Origin: a virus
Taxonomy: Duplodnaviria; Caudoviricetes
Virus record (IMG/VR): IMGVR_UViG_3300025078_000002
Location: 10,830-74,829 of that record
Reading direction: 5' to 3' (one strand)
DNA length: 64,000 bases
Of this stretch, positions 8,960 through 16,939 are shown in pieces; positions within the stretch are counted from its first letter, which is position 1; every line of letters begins with the position of its first letter. The position numbers and the translations under genes were made by a program. Below the pieces are notes generated by a model, which did no database searches, was not told the origin of the DNA, and saw only the letters and a list, made by a program, of their open reading frames with translations.

Positions 8960-9910
8960 ATGAAAACAAAAAAGATTAATATATGGAAAATTAGAGAAGA
9001 AATACTTTTTTCATACTACGAAAAAGAAGAAATACAAAGTTTTATTGATAAACTTTATTCTTTTTCGATGATTTACCAGATGATTTTACGAGACAATAAA
9101 AAATGCTTTAATGATTTAAACATATCATTACAGACTTTTTCAACACTTTTAAAAGATAAAATTGGCTTTATACTTCACCCAAATAATCAAAAAACTTCAA
9201 CAGCGTTTAGGAGCCAATTCAAATTTCCTAAAAATACTACAATGGAAGAAATTGAAAATTATTATTTGAAGTCTTCTTTAAAAGGTCAAAAAGGTACAGT
9301 AAAGTCGAGAAAAAAATCTGGGAAACCTTACAATGAAAAACAGACTTTAGACTTTTGGTTAAGCATTACAAACAACAAAGAAGAAGCAATACAAAGTTTA
9401 GAAAAGTATAAAAGATCTAATTCTCCTTTTTGTATTGAGTTTTGGACTAAGAAAGGATTAAGTGAAGAGAATGCAAATAAAATAATCTCTGAAAGAGCTG
9501 TCAAAGGTGCGATTAATGCTCTTAAAAAAACATCACAGCCTAAAACTGAAAAGCGAATTGAATCTTTACTCAAGAAAAATAACATTGAATATTCTACGCA
9601 ATATCGAATATCACTAGATAAAGATGAAACTGTGTATAATAAAAAGTGCTATGTATATGACTTTTATTTACCTACATTTAATTTAATTATTGAATGTCAC
9701 GGTCTTTATTGGCATGCTCATCCTTCGTTATACAACGAAAACTCTGTATTAAACTTTCCAAGTGGACAAGTAAAAGCAATAGACGTTTGGAATTCTGATT
9801 TGTATAAAATGAAAGTTGCAGAAAAAAGAAATTACCGCTATATGACTATATGGGAAAATGAAATTGACAATACAATTAGTTTAATTAGAGATCGTGTAAA
9901 TATTGATTGA
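8960..9910 (+). CDS. Vsr/DUF559-like homing endonuclease between the halves of intein 1
   Basis: KTEKRI...YDFYLPTFNLIIECHGLYWH...YMTIWENE. Confidence 0.8.
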   Translation: MKTKKINIWKIREEILFSYYEKEEIQSFIDKLYSFSMIYQMILRDNKKCFNDLNISLQTFSTLLKDKIGFILHPNNQKTSTAFRSQFKFPKNTTMEEIENYYLKSSLKGQKGTVKSRKKSGKPYNEKQTLDFWLSITNNKEEAIQSLEKYKRSNSPFCIEFWTKKGLSEENANKIISERAVKGAINALKKTSQPKTEKRIESLLKKNNIEYSTQYRISLDKDETVYNKKCYVYDFYLPTFNLIIECHGLYWHAHPSLYNENSVLNFPSGQVKAIDVWNSDLYKMKVAEKRNYRYMTIWENEIDNTISLIRDRVNID

Positions 9911-9940
9911 TTGTTTTAAAATATAAAAAAAGGAATAATT

Positions 9941-10069
9941 TTGAAAGAAATTCAAACAAAATATATTGAAGTTGATCTAATTGAAGAGATAGATGAAACT
10001 TCTGATGTTTATGATATCACTGTCGAAGATAATCATAATTTTTTTGCTAATAACATTTTAGTTCATAAC
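9941..10069 (+). mobile_element. Split intein 1, C-half (43 aa)
   Basis: Block F VYDITV, block G VHN followed by Cys+1. Confidence 0.9.
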
Positions 10070-11191
10070 TGTTTAGGCGGGATTTTTAGCAATAGAATAC
10101 TCCGCGGCGTTGCACATGATAAGTCACGTGACGAAATCCAAAAAGATCTTTTAAACCTTACAGACAGATTTACAGACGCAGTTGGCATTGAAAACTTCAA
10201 ACTAGAACTACAGTTCAATAAGCTAAACAAACAACACGTTGTTAATGACTACCTCATAGAACATCATAAACTAACTGGCATTCCTCTCATCTCAACAGCA
10301 GATTCTCATTACCCGAGCAACGATAAATGGCAAGCAAGAGAGCTATACAAGAAACTTGGCTGGCTCGGTAAGAAAGATAACTTAACTCTTCCAGCATTTG
10401 AAGATCTTAAATGTGAGCTGTATCCAAAAAATGCACAACAAATGTGGGATGAGTTCCTTGAAGGGTACAAAGAACACGACTTCTATAAAGGGAACGAGCA
10501 GCTCGTTAAAGAGTCAATAGAAAGAACACACGACATTGCCTGGAATGACTTTGAAGATACATGGATAGATGTAAGCGCAAAACTACCAACAATAACAATA
10601 CCTAACAAGACGCCCTTTAAACACCTATCAGACTTGGTTAAAAACGCTCTCGTTACTGAAGGGTTACATACTAATAAAGAGTACGTAGATAGAGCTAAAT
10701 ATGAATTGTCTGATATTAAGTATCTTGGACACGAAGCTTACTTTATTACAATGTATGAGATCTTTAAAAAAGCTGAAACAAAGACATTATTTGGAGCTGG
10801 AAGAGGCTCAGGTGCGGGGAGTTTAGTTAACTACTTGTTAGGCATTACACAACTCGATCCAATTCCTTATAACTTGCTTTGGAGTAGATTCTTAGGCAGA
10901 CATAGATGTCTAGACGAAGATACTTACGTTATATCTGAATATGGTAAAAAGAAGATTAAAGATGTTAGTGAAGGCGAAAAAGTACTAACGCATACAGGTC
11001 AGTATAGAAAAATTATTGATAAGGCTATAACACAACACGATATGGCTGTTGAAATAAAATTTAATGGTCGTAAAATTATTTGCTCACCTAATCATCGTTG
11101 GATTGTTAATCGTAATGGTAACGAAGTAGAAACAATGGCATGCCATTTACAAAAAGGTGACAAACTAATTCGATTAGCCAGAGATAAATAA
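9941..11191 (+). CDS. dnaE: C-intein 1 + DnaE part 2 + N-intein 2
   Basis: VYDITVEDNHNFFANNILVHN|CLGG; TADSHY; GAGRGSGAGSLVNYLLGITQLDP; ends with an intein N-half. Confidence 0.92.
   Translation: MKEIQTKYIEVDLIEEIDETSDVYDITVEDNHNFFANNILVHNCLGGIFSNRILRGVAHDKSRDEIQKDLLNLTDRFTDAVGIENFKLELQFNKLNKQHVVNDYLIEHHKLTGIPLISTADSHYPSNDKWQARELYKKLGWLGKKDNLTLPAFEDLKCELYPKNAQQMWDEFLEGYKEHDFYKGNEQLVKESIERTHDIAWNDFEDTWIDVSAKLPTITIPNKTPFKHLSDLVKNALVTEGLHTNKEYVDRAKYELSDIKYLGHEAYFITMYEIFKKAETKTLFGAGRGSGAGSLVNYLLGITQLDPIPYNLLWSRFLGRHRCLDEDTYVISEYGKKKIKDVSEGEKVLTHTGQYRKIIDKAITQHDMAVEIKFNGRKIICSPNHRWIVNRNGNEVETMACHLQKGDKLIRLARDK
10907..11188 (+). mobile_element. Split intein 2, N-half (94 aa)
   Basis: CLDEDTYV, CSPNHRW, LQKGD, then stop. 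Confidence 0.9.
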
Positions 11192-11200
11192 AGGAATAAA

Positions 11201-11341
11201 ATGAAAGACAATAATCTATACGAGATTGAGGAAATCAACTTTGTACATTACGATCAAGATATGATTGATATTGAAGTAGAAGGCGATCACACTTTCTACG
11301 TTTCAGAAGACCCCATGAATGAATTTATCTTGACACATAAT
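11201..11341 (+). mobile_element. Split intein 2, C-half (47 aa)
   Basis: DIEVEGDHTFY...THN followed by Thr+1. Confidence 0.88.
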
Positions 11342-11980
11342 ACAAGCTGGCCGGATATTGACACAGATGCTGGAGACCGAGATGAGCTGATCAACGCAGC
11401 AAAAGAGTTATATGGCGACGATGCTGTTATTCCAGTATCAAACTTTAACACGCTTAAGCTTAAATCACTTGTAAAAGACATTGCAAAGTTTTATGATATT
11501 CCATTTGACGAAGTCAATAAGGTAACTGGTCCTCTTCAAGATCAAGTTATGCAGAAAGCAATGGATAAAAATCAAGAAAAGTCTGTATTTGTTCTTAAGC
11601 ATGAAGACTGCATGAAATATTCACCAGAGTATAACGAATTTATGACAACATATCCAGAAGTTGCTGAACATGTAGATACTTTGTTTATGCAAAATAGAAG
11701 TTGTTTTACTAAAGATACACATATCTTGACTGATCGTGGTTATATGGACATTGAAGAACTTAATCCTGTGTCTGATGGAATTGTTTATATTGACAATGAA
11801 GGCAATCAAAAAGTTAATCACGACTATGAATTGCATTATATGGGTAAAAAAGAAGTGTTTGAAATTGAAACAGAATGTGGAAAAAAGATTAAACTTACTC
11901 CAGATCATGAAGTTATGACCCAAGATGGGTATAAAAAAGTATGTGAACTAAGTGAAAGTGATATATTGATTAAATTTTAA
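11201..11980 (+). CDS. dnaE: C-intein 2 + DnaE part 3 + N-intein 3
   Basis: IDIEVEGDHTF...THN|TSWPDIDTD (catalytic PDIDxD motif). Confidence 0.92.
   Translation: MKDNNLYEIEEINFVHYDQDMIDIEVEGDHTFYVSEDPMNEFILTHNTSWPDIDTDAGDRDELINAAKELYGDDAVIPVSNFNTLKLKSLVKDIAKFYDIPFDEVNKVTGPLQDQVMQKAMDKNQEKSVFVLKHEDCMKYSPEYNEFMTTYPEVAEHVDTLFMQNRSCFTKDTHILTDRGYMDIEELNPVSDGIVYIDNEGNQKVNHDYELHYMGKKEVFEIETECGKKIKLTPDHEVMTQDGYKKVCELSESDILIKF
11702..11977 (+). mobile_element. Split intein 3, N-half (92 aa)
   Basis: CFTKDTHILTDRG, LTPDHEV, GYKKVCEL, then stop. Confidence 0.9.
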
Positions 11981-11986
11981 CATTTG

Positions 11987-12018
11987 CACCGCTTGCATAT
12001 AGTTAATAGCAGGAGGTG
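11987..12018 (+). promoter_or_regulatory. SD-sequestering hairpin with ATAGTTA in the loop
   Basis: CACCGCTTGC pairs with GCAGGAGGTG (one mismatch, one GU) over AGGAGG; ATAGTTA at 11999-12005. Confidence 0.6.
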
Positions 12019-12026
12019 AAATTAAC

Positions 12027-13013
12027 ATGTTATGTAAAATTTGTAATAAAGAATATAAAAATCTTGGAAGACATGTAAGTGTTCATTATAAAAATGTAAA
12101 GTCTAAGTCAAAAAAAATGTTATATTTTCATGATATTTATAAAAACAAGTATGATATTGCTCGTGAGTATCTTGAAAGTAAAAAGTCTGCCAACCAAATA
12201 GCAAAAGAAGTCACACAACTATTTAATCTTTTTCCAGTTCAAAAAGGTGATATTTTAAACTTCTTAAAATATATGAAAGTTAAAAAAAGAACAACTTCTG
12301 AAGCTGGTAAAGAGTATTACAAAGAAAATCCTGTTTGGAATAAAGGTTTGACTAAATATGATCATGCAAGTATAGAGAAATATGCAGATAGTAGAACTGG
12401 AAAGAATAATCCAATATACTCACTTACTGAAAAAGAAAGAGAAGAAAAGATTTATTATTGGCGATTTAAGTCTGATGATGAACTCTTTGCAATAAGAGCT
12501 AAGATCGGAAAATCATTAAAGGAAGGTTATGCTTCAGGCAGAATAAAACATATATCTAAAACACATCCAGAAAAATTTAAAGAAATACACGCGAAAATGC
12601 TGTCTGGATATTTTGATGCATTAAATAATGGTACCATTAAAAGACAAAGTTACACATCTAGTTATGAAAAAAGAATAGCAAATATTCTAGAAGAGTTAGA
12701 CATAAGTTTTATACAGCAGAAGTCTTGTAATAAAAAATATAGGTACGACTTTTTCTTGAAAGACTTTAATCTTTATATTGAATTTAATGGTGACTACTGG
12801 CATGCTAATCCGAATCAGTTTAATGAAAATTATTATCATCCTCATAAAAAGATTTTAGCAAGAGAAATATGGGAGTATGATAATGCCAAGCGTGTAAATG
12901 TAATAAATAGTGGTTATAATTTTTTAACAATATGGGAATGTGACGTCAAAGAATTCAATAGACAGCACTTGAAGGAGTATATAATTGGAATTATTAAGAA
13001 TCAAAAGCATTAA
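12027..13013 (+). CDS. Vsr/DUF559-like homing endonuclease between the halves of intein 3
   Basis: N-terminal CKIC...H zinc finger, WNKG repeat, SSYEKRI...YDFFLKDFNLYIEFNGDYWH...TIWECD. Confidence 0.8.
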   Translation: MLCKICNKEYKNLGRHVSVHYKNVKSKSKKMLYFHDIYKNKYDIAREYLESKKSANQIAKEVTQLFNLFPVQKGDILNFLKYMKVKKRTTSEAGKEYYKENPVWNKGLTKYDHASIEKYADSRTGKNNPIYSLTEKEREEKIYYWRFKSDDELFAIRAKIGKSLKEGYASGRIKHISKTHPEKFKEIHAKMLSGYFDALNNGTIKRQSYTSSYEKRIANILEELDISFIQQKSCNKKYRYDFFLKDFNLYIEFNGDYWHANPNQFNENYYHPHKKILAREIWEYDNAKRVNVINSGYNFLTIWECDVKEFNRQHLKEYIIGIIKNQKH

Positions 13014-13122
13014 GAATACAAACACAATTCAACCCGTTTATGATATACATCATAATATTGATAATAAGAATTTTTATGATGAGCATCCCAATCTTATTGC
13101 AAACAATATTACAATATCAAAC
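12985..13122 (+). mobile_element. Split intein 3, C-half (46 aa)
   Basis: PVYDI...LIANNITISN followed by Cys+1; penultimate Ser instead of His. Confidence 0.85.
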
Positions 13123-14892
13123 TGTGGGCGTCACGCTGGGGGTGTTATTATAGCAGACGCAGACCTTCTTGAGCAATCGATGCCAATTGTTGGTGTTCGT
13201 GGAGAACTACAAACACCGTGGACTGAAGGTATGAACTTTAGGAATCTTGAAGACAACGGTTTTCTAAAGTTTGACTTCTTAGGTTTAACGCTTCTTAAAG
13301 ATGTAGAGAATTGCATTTATAGAATCCTAAGAAAAAGCGGAATGAAAAATCCTACATTCACAGATGCAAGAGCATTCTTTGATAAGCATTTAAACTGTAG
13401 GTTTGTCAAACAGGATGACCCTAAAGTTTGGGAACATGTGTATAAGGATGGTCACTTCGTTGGCATATTCCAGTTCACAAATCAGGGTGCTAGACAGTTT
13501 TCAATGGATGCATCGCCTGTAAGTATACAGGAGTTAGCAACAATTACTGCGATATATCGCCCTGGACCGCTTAAAGCAAATGTGCACAAGAAATATGTTA
13601 AGGCAAAAAACAATGCTAATGATATTGTGTACGATCATCCTATCATAGAAGAAGTACTTGGATATACTTACGGCTACTTTTGCTTTCAAGAGCAATTCAT
13701 GTTGATGGCACAAAAGCTTGCTGGGTTTTCACCGGGTGAGAGTGATAAGTTACGAAAGACGCTTGTAAAGAAATCACTAGATACTTTGCATTCTAAAGGA
13801 TCAGAAAAGGCAATTGCTAGAGAGAAGTTTATTAAAGGTGCCAAAGAGCTCAATGACATTCCTGAGAGTATTTCTTCGAAGCTCTGGCAAGACATAGAAG
13901 GTTTCGCAGTTTATGGCTTCAATCTTTCCCATGCAGTTGCATATGCTATTGGGTCGTATTATGCGGCATGGCTACATACACATCACGAGACTGAGTGGAT
14001 GGCAGCAATATTGCAATCTGAGAATGGTAATCCTAAAGGAATGTCAAAAGCCATTTCAGAGATTAAGTCATTTGGATATGAAATTGCTGCAATAGATATA
14101 AACCACTCTGAAGCTGAATGGGAATATTCTGATGTGTTGAAAGCTTTTGTGCCGCCGTTGACATCGCTTAAAGGAGTAGGTGATAAAGCTGTTGAAGAAG
14201 TATTTGAAAATAGACCATATAAAAACTTATCAGATCTATTTTACAATGAAGTAGGAGAATGGAGACATTCCAAGCTGAACAAAACAGCTTTTTCGTCATT
14301 AGCAAAGATGGAAGCATTTAAGTCTCTCCAGGAGTTTCAAGATGATGTATTAGATAATCATAAGCAAATGTATGATTTAATCTTGGATAACTATAATCTA
14401 CTCAAGAAAGGTAGATATGGAATGACAAAAACTGCCGTAAAAAGAGCGTTAAAGAATGATGAAGAGATTGTGCCTATTGTTGATGAGTTGATTGCGAAGT
14501 ATAAGGTTGTTAGTGATTGGAGTAGGAATGAAAAGATTAAGAACTATTTTGAACTCAGTAATGACGCAAGTGACGACCTATTGTTTCCACCTAGATTATT
14601 GAACAAGTTAAAACAGAAAGAAATCTCCAGTGTGTTTGATATACCTTCTGGAGATCGTGGTATTGGATGGTTTACAGTGACTGAGGTTATTCGTAAGACG
14701 ACTAAGAACGGGAAGGCGTTTATGAGGTGGAAGTGTGTAGACTCAGACAATCGTAGCGGATGGTTACGAGTTTGGGGGTCATTAGATGGCGAGGTTGAGT
14801 TTAGTACGTGGCTTGCTGATGTGAAGAATGATGCTGGATGGGGAATGTCTACGAATCTAGGTAAGCTTAAAAAGATTAACGCTTTTGATTAA
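12985..14892 (+). CDS. dnaE: C-intein 3 + DnaE part 4 (fingers/HhH/OB)
   Basis: VYDI...ISN|CGRHAGGVI; KFDFLGL; GIFQF; YRPGP; FQEQFM; YGFNLSHA. Confidence 0.93.
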   Translation: MELLRIKSIKNTNTIQPVYDIHHNIDNKNFYDEHPNLIANNITISNCGRHAGGVIIADADLLEQSMPIVGVRGELQTPWTEGMNFRNLEDNGFLKFDFLGLTLLKDVENCIYRILRKSGMKNPTFTDARAFFDKHLNCRFVKQDDPKVWEHVYKDGHFVGIFQFTNQGARQFSMDASPVSIQELATITAIYRPGPLKANVHKKYVKAKNNANDIVYDHPIIEEVLGYTYGYFCFQEQFMLMAQKLAGFSPGESDKLRKTLVKKSLDTLHSKGSEKAIAREKFIKGAKELNDIPESISSKLWQDIEGFAVYGFNLSHAVAYAIGSYYAAWLHTHHETEWMAAILQSENGNPKGMSKAISEIKSFGYEIAAIDINHSEAEWEYSDVLKAFVPPLTSLKGVGDKAVEEVFENRPYKNLSDLFYNEVGEWRHSKLNKTAFSSLAKMEAFKSLQEFQDDVLDNHKQMYDLILDNYNLLKKGRYGMTKTAVKRALKNDEEIVPIVDELIAKYKVVSDWSRNEKIKNYFELSNDASDDLLFPPRLLNKLKQKEISSVFDIPSGDRGIGWFTVTEVIRKTTKNGKAFMRWKCVDSDNRSGWLRVWGSLDGEVEFSTWLADVKNDAGWGMSTNLGKLKKINAFD

Positions 14893-14904
14893 CAATATTT
14901 ACAA

Positions 14905-15471
14905 CTAAAATCTGTAAGCATCAATGTCTTGTTGCGACATTAAACCAGACTGCTGCAAAAACATTTTAAAAGCTTCGCTTTCGTTTGATATACCGACAAA
15001 AAGTTTAGAAGGACCACCAGCTACACGACAAGCCTTAAAAAATTCTTCTTCAAGCATATCAATTTGATTCTTCATGTCAGCACGAAACTTGTCTTGAAGT
15101 TGTCTGTTTTCAAACGCCTCGAGAATAATGTCAATCGAACCAGCTACGGTAACACCTACGCTAATTGTAGTTAAAGCTGAACCTGCAATTAATGCAGGTG
15201 TCCCTACAGCTAACATTGCAGCCATACCAATTACAAAAGCAGAAACTCCAGGATAGTATTCTTGTATCTCTTGTCTTCCACTTGCACTTCTCATTGCGTT
15301 AACAGCTTCTTCCCAGCTGTTTACTTTTTGCCTTAAGATATTTGACTTTTCATGACCGCTAACACCTGCTAGCGCGTCAAAGTGATGCATATCACCCATC
15401 ATTTCATTTAATCGTGATTCTTTGATTACTTGTCTGATCAGCGATCGTAAACGTCTTTCTGTAATTTTCAT
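14905..15471 (-). CDS. Leader-bearing hypothetical protein with a hydrophobic hairpin
   Basis: MKITERRLRSLIRQVIKES leader; VIGMAAMLAVGTPALIAGSALTTISVGVTV segment. Confidence 0.75.
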   Translation of the reverse strand: MKITERRLRSLIRQVIKESRLNEMMGDMHHFDALAGVSGHEKSNILRQKVNSWEEAVNAMRSASGRQEIQEYYPGVSAFVIGMAAMLAVGTPALIAGSALTTISVGVTVAGSIDIILEAFENRQLQDKFRADMKNQIDMLEEEFFKACRVAGGPSKLFVGISNESEAFKMFLQQSGLMSQQDIDAYRF

Positions 15472-15495
15472 ATTTGTTTTCTCCTAAAATATGTT
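15446..15495. repeat. 50-bp perfect direct repeat, copy 1 (leader 5' end plus RBS)
   Basis: cgtaaacgtctttctgtaattttcatatttgttttctcctaaaatatgtt is identical at 16072-16121. Confidence 0.9.
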
Positions 15496-15526
15496 CTTAA
15501 ATATGTTCTTAAATATGATAAAATTA

Positions 15527-15606
15527 TTGCTGATGTGAAGAATGATGCAGGATGGGGTATGTCGTCAAGCCTTGCTAAACTTAAAAAGATTAATGCGTTT
15601 GACTAA
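15527..15606 (+). pseudogene. Diverged duplicate of the last 80 nt of dnaE
   Basis: ADVKNDAGWGMSSSLAKLKKINAFD* versus ADVKNDAGWGMSTNLGKLKKINAFD* at 14813-14892. Confidence 0.9.
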
Positions 15607-15620
15607 GAGTTAAATTTAAA

Positions 15621-16097
15621 CTACATAATATATTTGTTAGTATCTGGGTCAATTTCCATAGGAGGATTTTGAACACTAAATACTCCTCTTTCCATAGCTA
15701 TTTGGTCTATTTTGCTAATAATCGACTTAAGCTGATCTATACTAAATTTATCACCATAATTATATCTCTCAATTGCATCACGATCTAAACCATATTGCTC
15801 AATTCTTGGATCTTCTGCAGACCGTCTGTCTGAATAAAAATTGTTGTTTACTTCAATCATATCGATGCCTTCTTTTTGACATACTTCTCTATATTTGAGC
15901 ATTTTTAACATATATTTTCTATCAGTATTGCCAGAGTATGATGTATCTGCCCATTCTCTATTTAACATTCTTCCCATATCTTTAATATAAGACTTTACAT
16001 ATTCTTCAACTTCTTCAACTTTAGGATCGTGGTTATCTATACTTTCTTTTATAACACTTCTAATAATTGAGCGTAAACGTCTTTCTGTAATTTTCAT
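15621..16097 (-). CDS. Leader-bearing hypothetical protein
   Basis: MKITERRLRSIIRSVIKES leader; body unrelated to 14905-15471. Confidence 0.75.
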   Translation of the reverse strand: MKITERRLRSIIRSVIKESIDNHDPKVEEVEEYVKSYIKDMGRMLNREWADTSYSGNTDRKYMLKMLKYREVCQKEGIDMIEVNNNFYSDRRSAEDPRIEQYGLDRDAIERYNYGDKFSIDQLKSIISKIDQIAMERGVFSVQNPPMEIDPDTNKYIM

Positions 16098-16121
16098 ATT
16101 TGTTTTCTCCTAAAATATGTT
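16072..16121. repeat. 50-bp perfect direct repeat, copy 2
   Basis: Identical to 15446-15495. Confidence 0.9.
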
Positions 16122-16122
16122 T

Positions 16123-16875
16123 TTAAGTATGTTCTTTGAACGTGTTTTTACTTTTGTCTAGTTTATATATATTTTTAATATCAAGTATACTTGAACTAAC
16201 GTACTTAACAGCATCTATATCGTTTGACATAATATAATCTATTGCAGTGGTATATTCTTGCATACTAAAGGACTTAAGTTCTTCCAAAGCTTGATAAACA
16301 ATTTCACCTGATTCTGATGCAAATGATTCATAAGATTTGTATCTTGAAAGAACGTGCATTTTACCTCCTTGCGGAACCAGAGCTGTGTGTGGAGATCCTG
16401 ATGAAAGTATTGGGTGAGGTCCACCTTTTACAAAGTGTTTTCGAATTACGCTTGATGTAAAACCGTTGCTTGTTAGTCTATCTATATTGTTTACATACCA
16501 GTCAACAAAAAATCCTGCACATATTTCTAAGTCTGGAAGAAAGTCAAGGTTATTTTTATAATCTTTTTCTACAATTAATAAATAATCAGCGTTATTATTG
16601 CTAAAAGCTTTTTCTAAAATCTTGGGTTTACAAAAAAAGTAGATACCTGATCCTTGTCCAGATGATGCTTGCTTTGTGCTTAAAGATGTAGCATTGTCTA
16701 ATTTAAGACCGCTGTTAAACTTTTCAGGAGGATAATGTGTAATATGATATAATGTTTTGCCTTCTGTATGTAGCTTGGCAATGTCACTAAGTGTTAGTTC
16801 TTCTTTTCTTTGTTCTAAGAGTATTTTCCACTCATACAACATATTTTTAAATTCTTTTTTAGAAAGTTTATTCAT
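16123..16875 (-). CDS. Leader-bearing protein, possible ART-like fold
   Basis: EWKILLEQ leader; LYHIT...GSGIYFF pattern. Confidence 0.5.
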   Translation of the reverse strand: MNKLSKKEFKNMLYEWKILLEQRKEELTLSDIAKLHTEGKTLYHITHYPPEKFNSGLKLDNATSLSTKQASSGQGSGIYFFCKPKILEKAFSNNNADYLLIVEKDYKNNLDFLPDLEICAGFFVDWYVNNIDRLTSNGFTSSVIRKHFVKGGPHPILSSGSPHTALVPQGGKMHVLSRYKSYESFASESGEIVYQALEELKSFSMQEYTTAIDYIMSNDIDAVKYVSSSILDIKNIYKLDKSKNTFKEHT

Positions 16876-16888
16876 TTATTACTCTTTT

Positions 16889-16917
16889 GTGTAAATTTAT
16901 TTTAAATATTATATAAT
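16889..16917 (+). promoter_or_regulatory. Putative promoter GTGTAA-N17-TATAAT
   Basis: Exact motif upstream of the kinase/TS fusion. Confidence 0.65.
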
Positions 16918-16939
16918 AATATAAAAAGAAAGTGCAATT

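Noticed and set aside
8921-9940. Group I introns as the explanation for the dnaE breaks
   Set aside because: Each downstream piece has an SD, a start and a C-intein, and the upstream pieces end in N-inteins. No intron core is evident and RNA splicing is not needed.
13900-13945. Cyanobacterial-type split DnaE intein site
   Set aside because: FAVYGFNLSH is uninterrupted; the three inteins are at other sites
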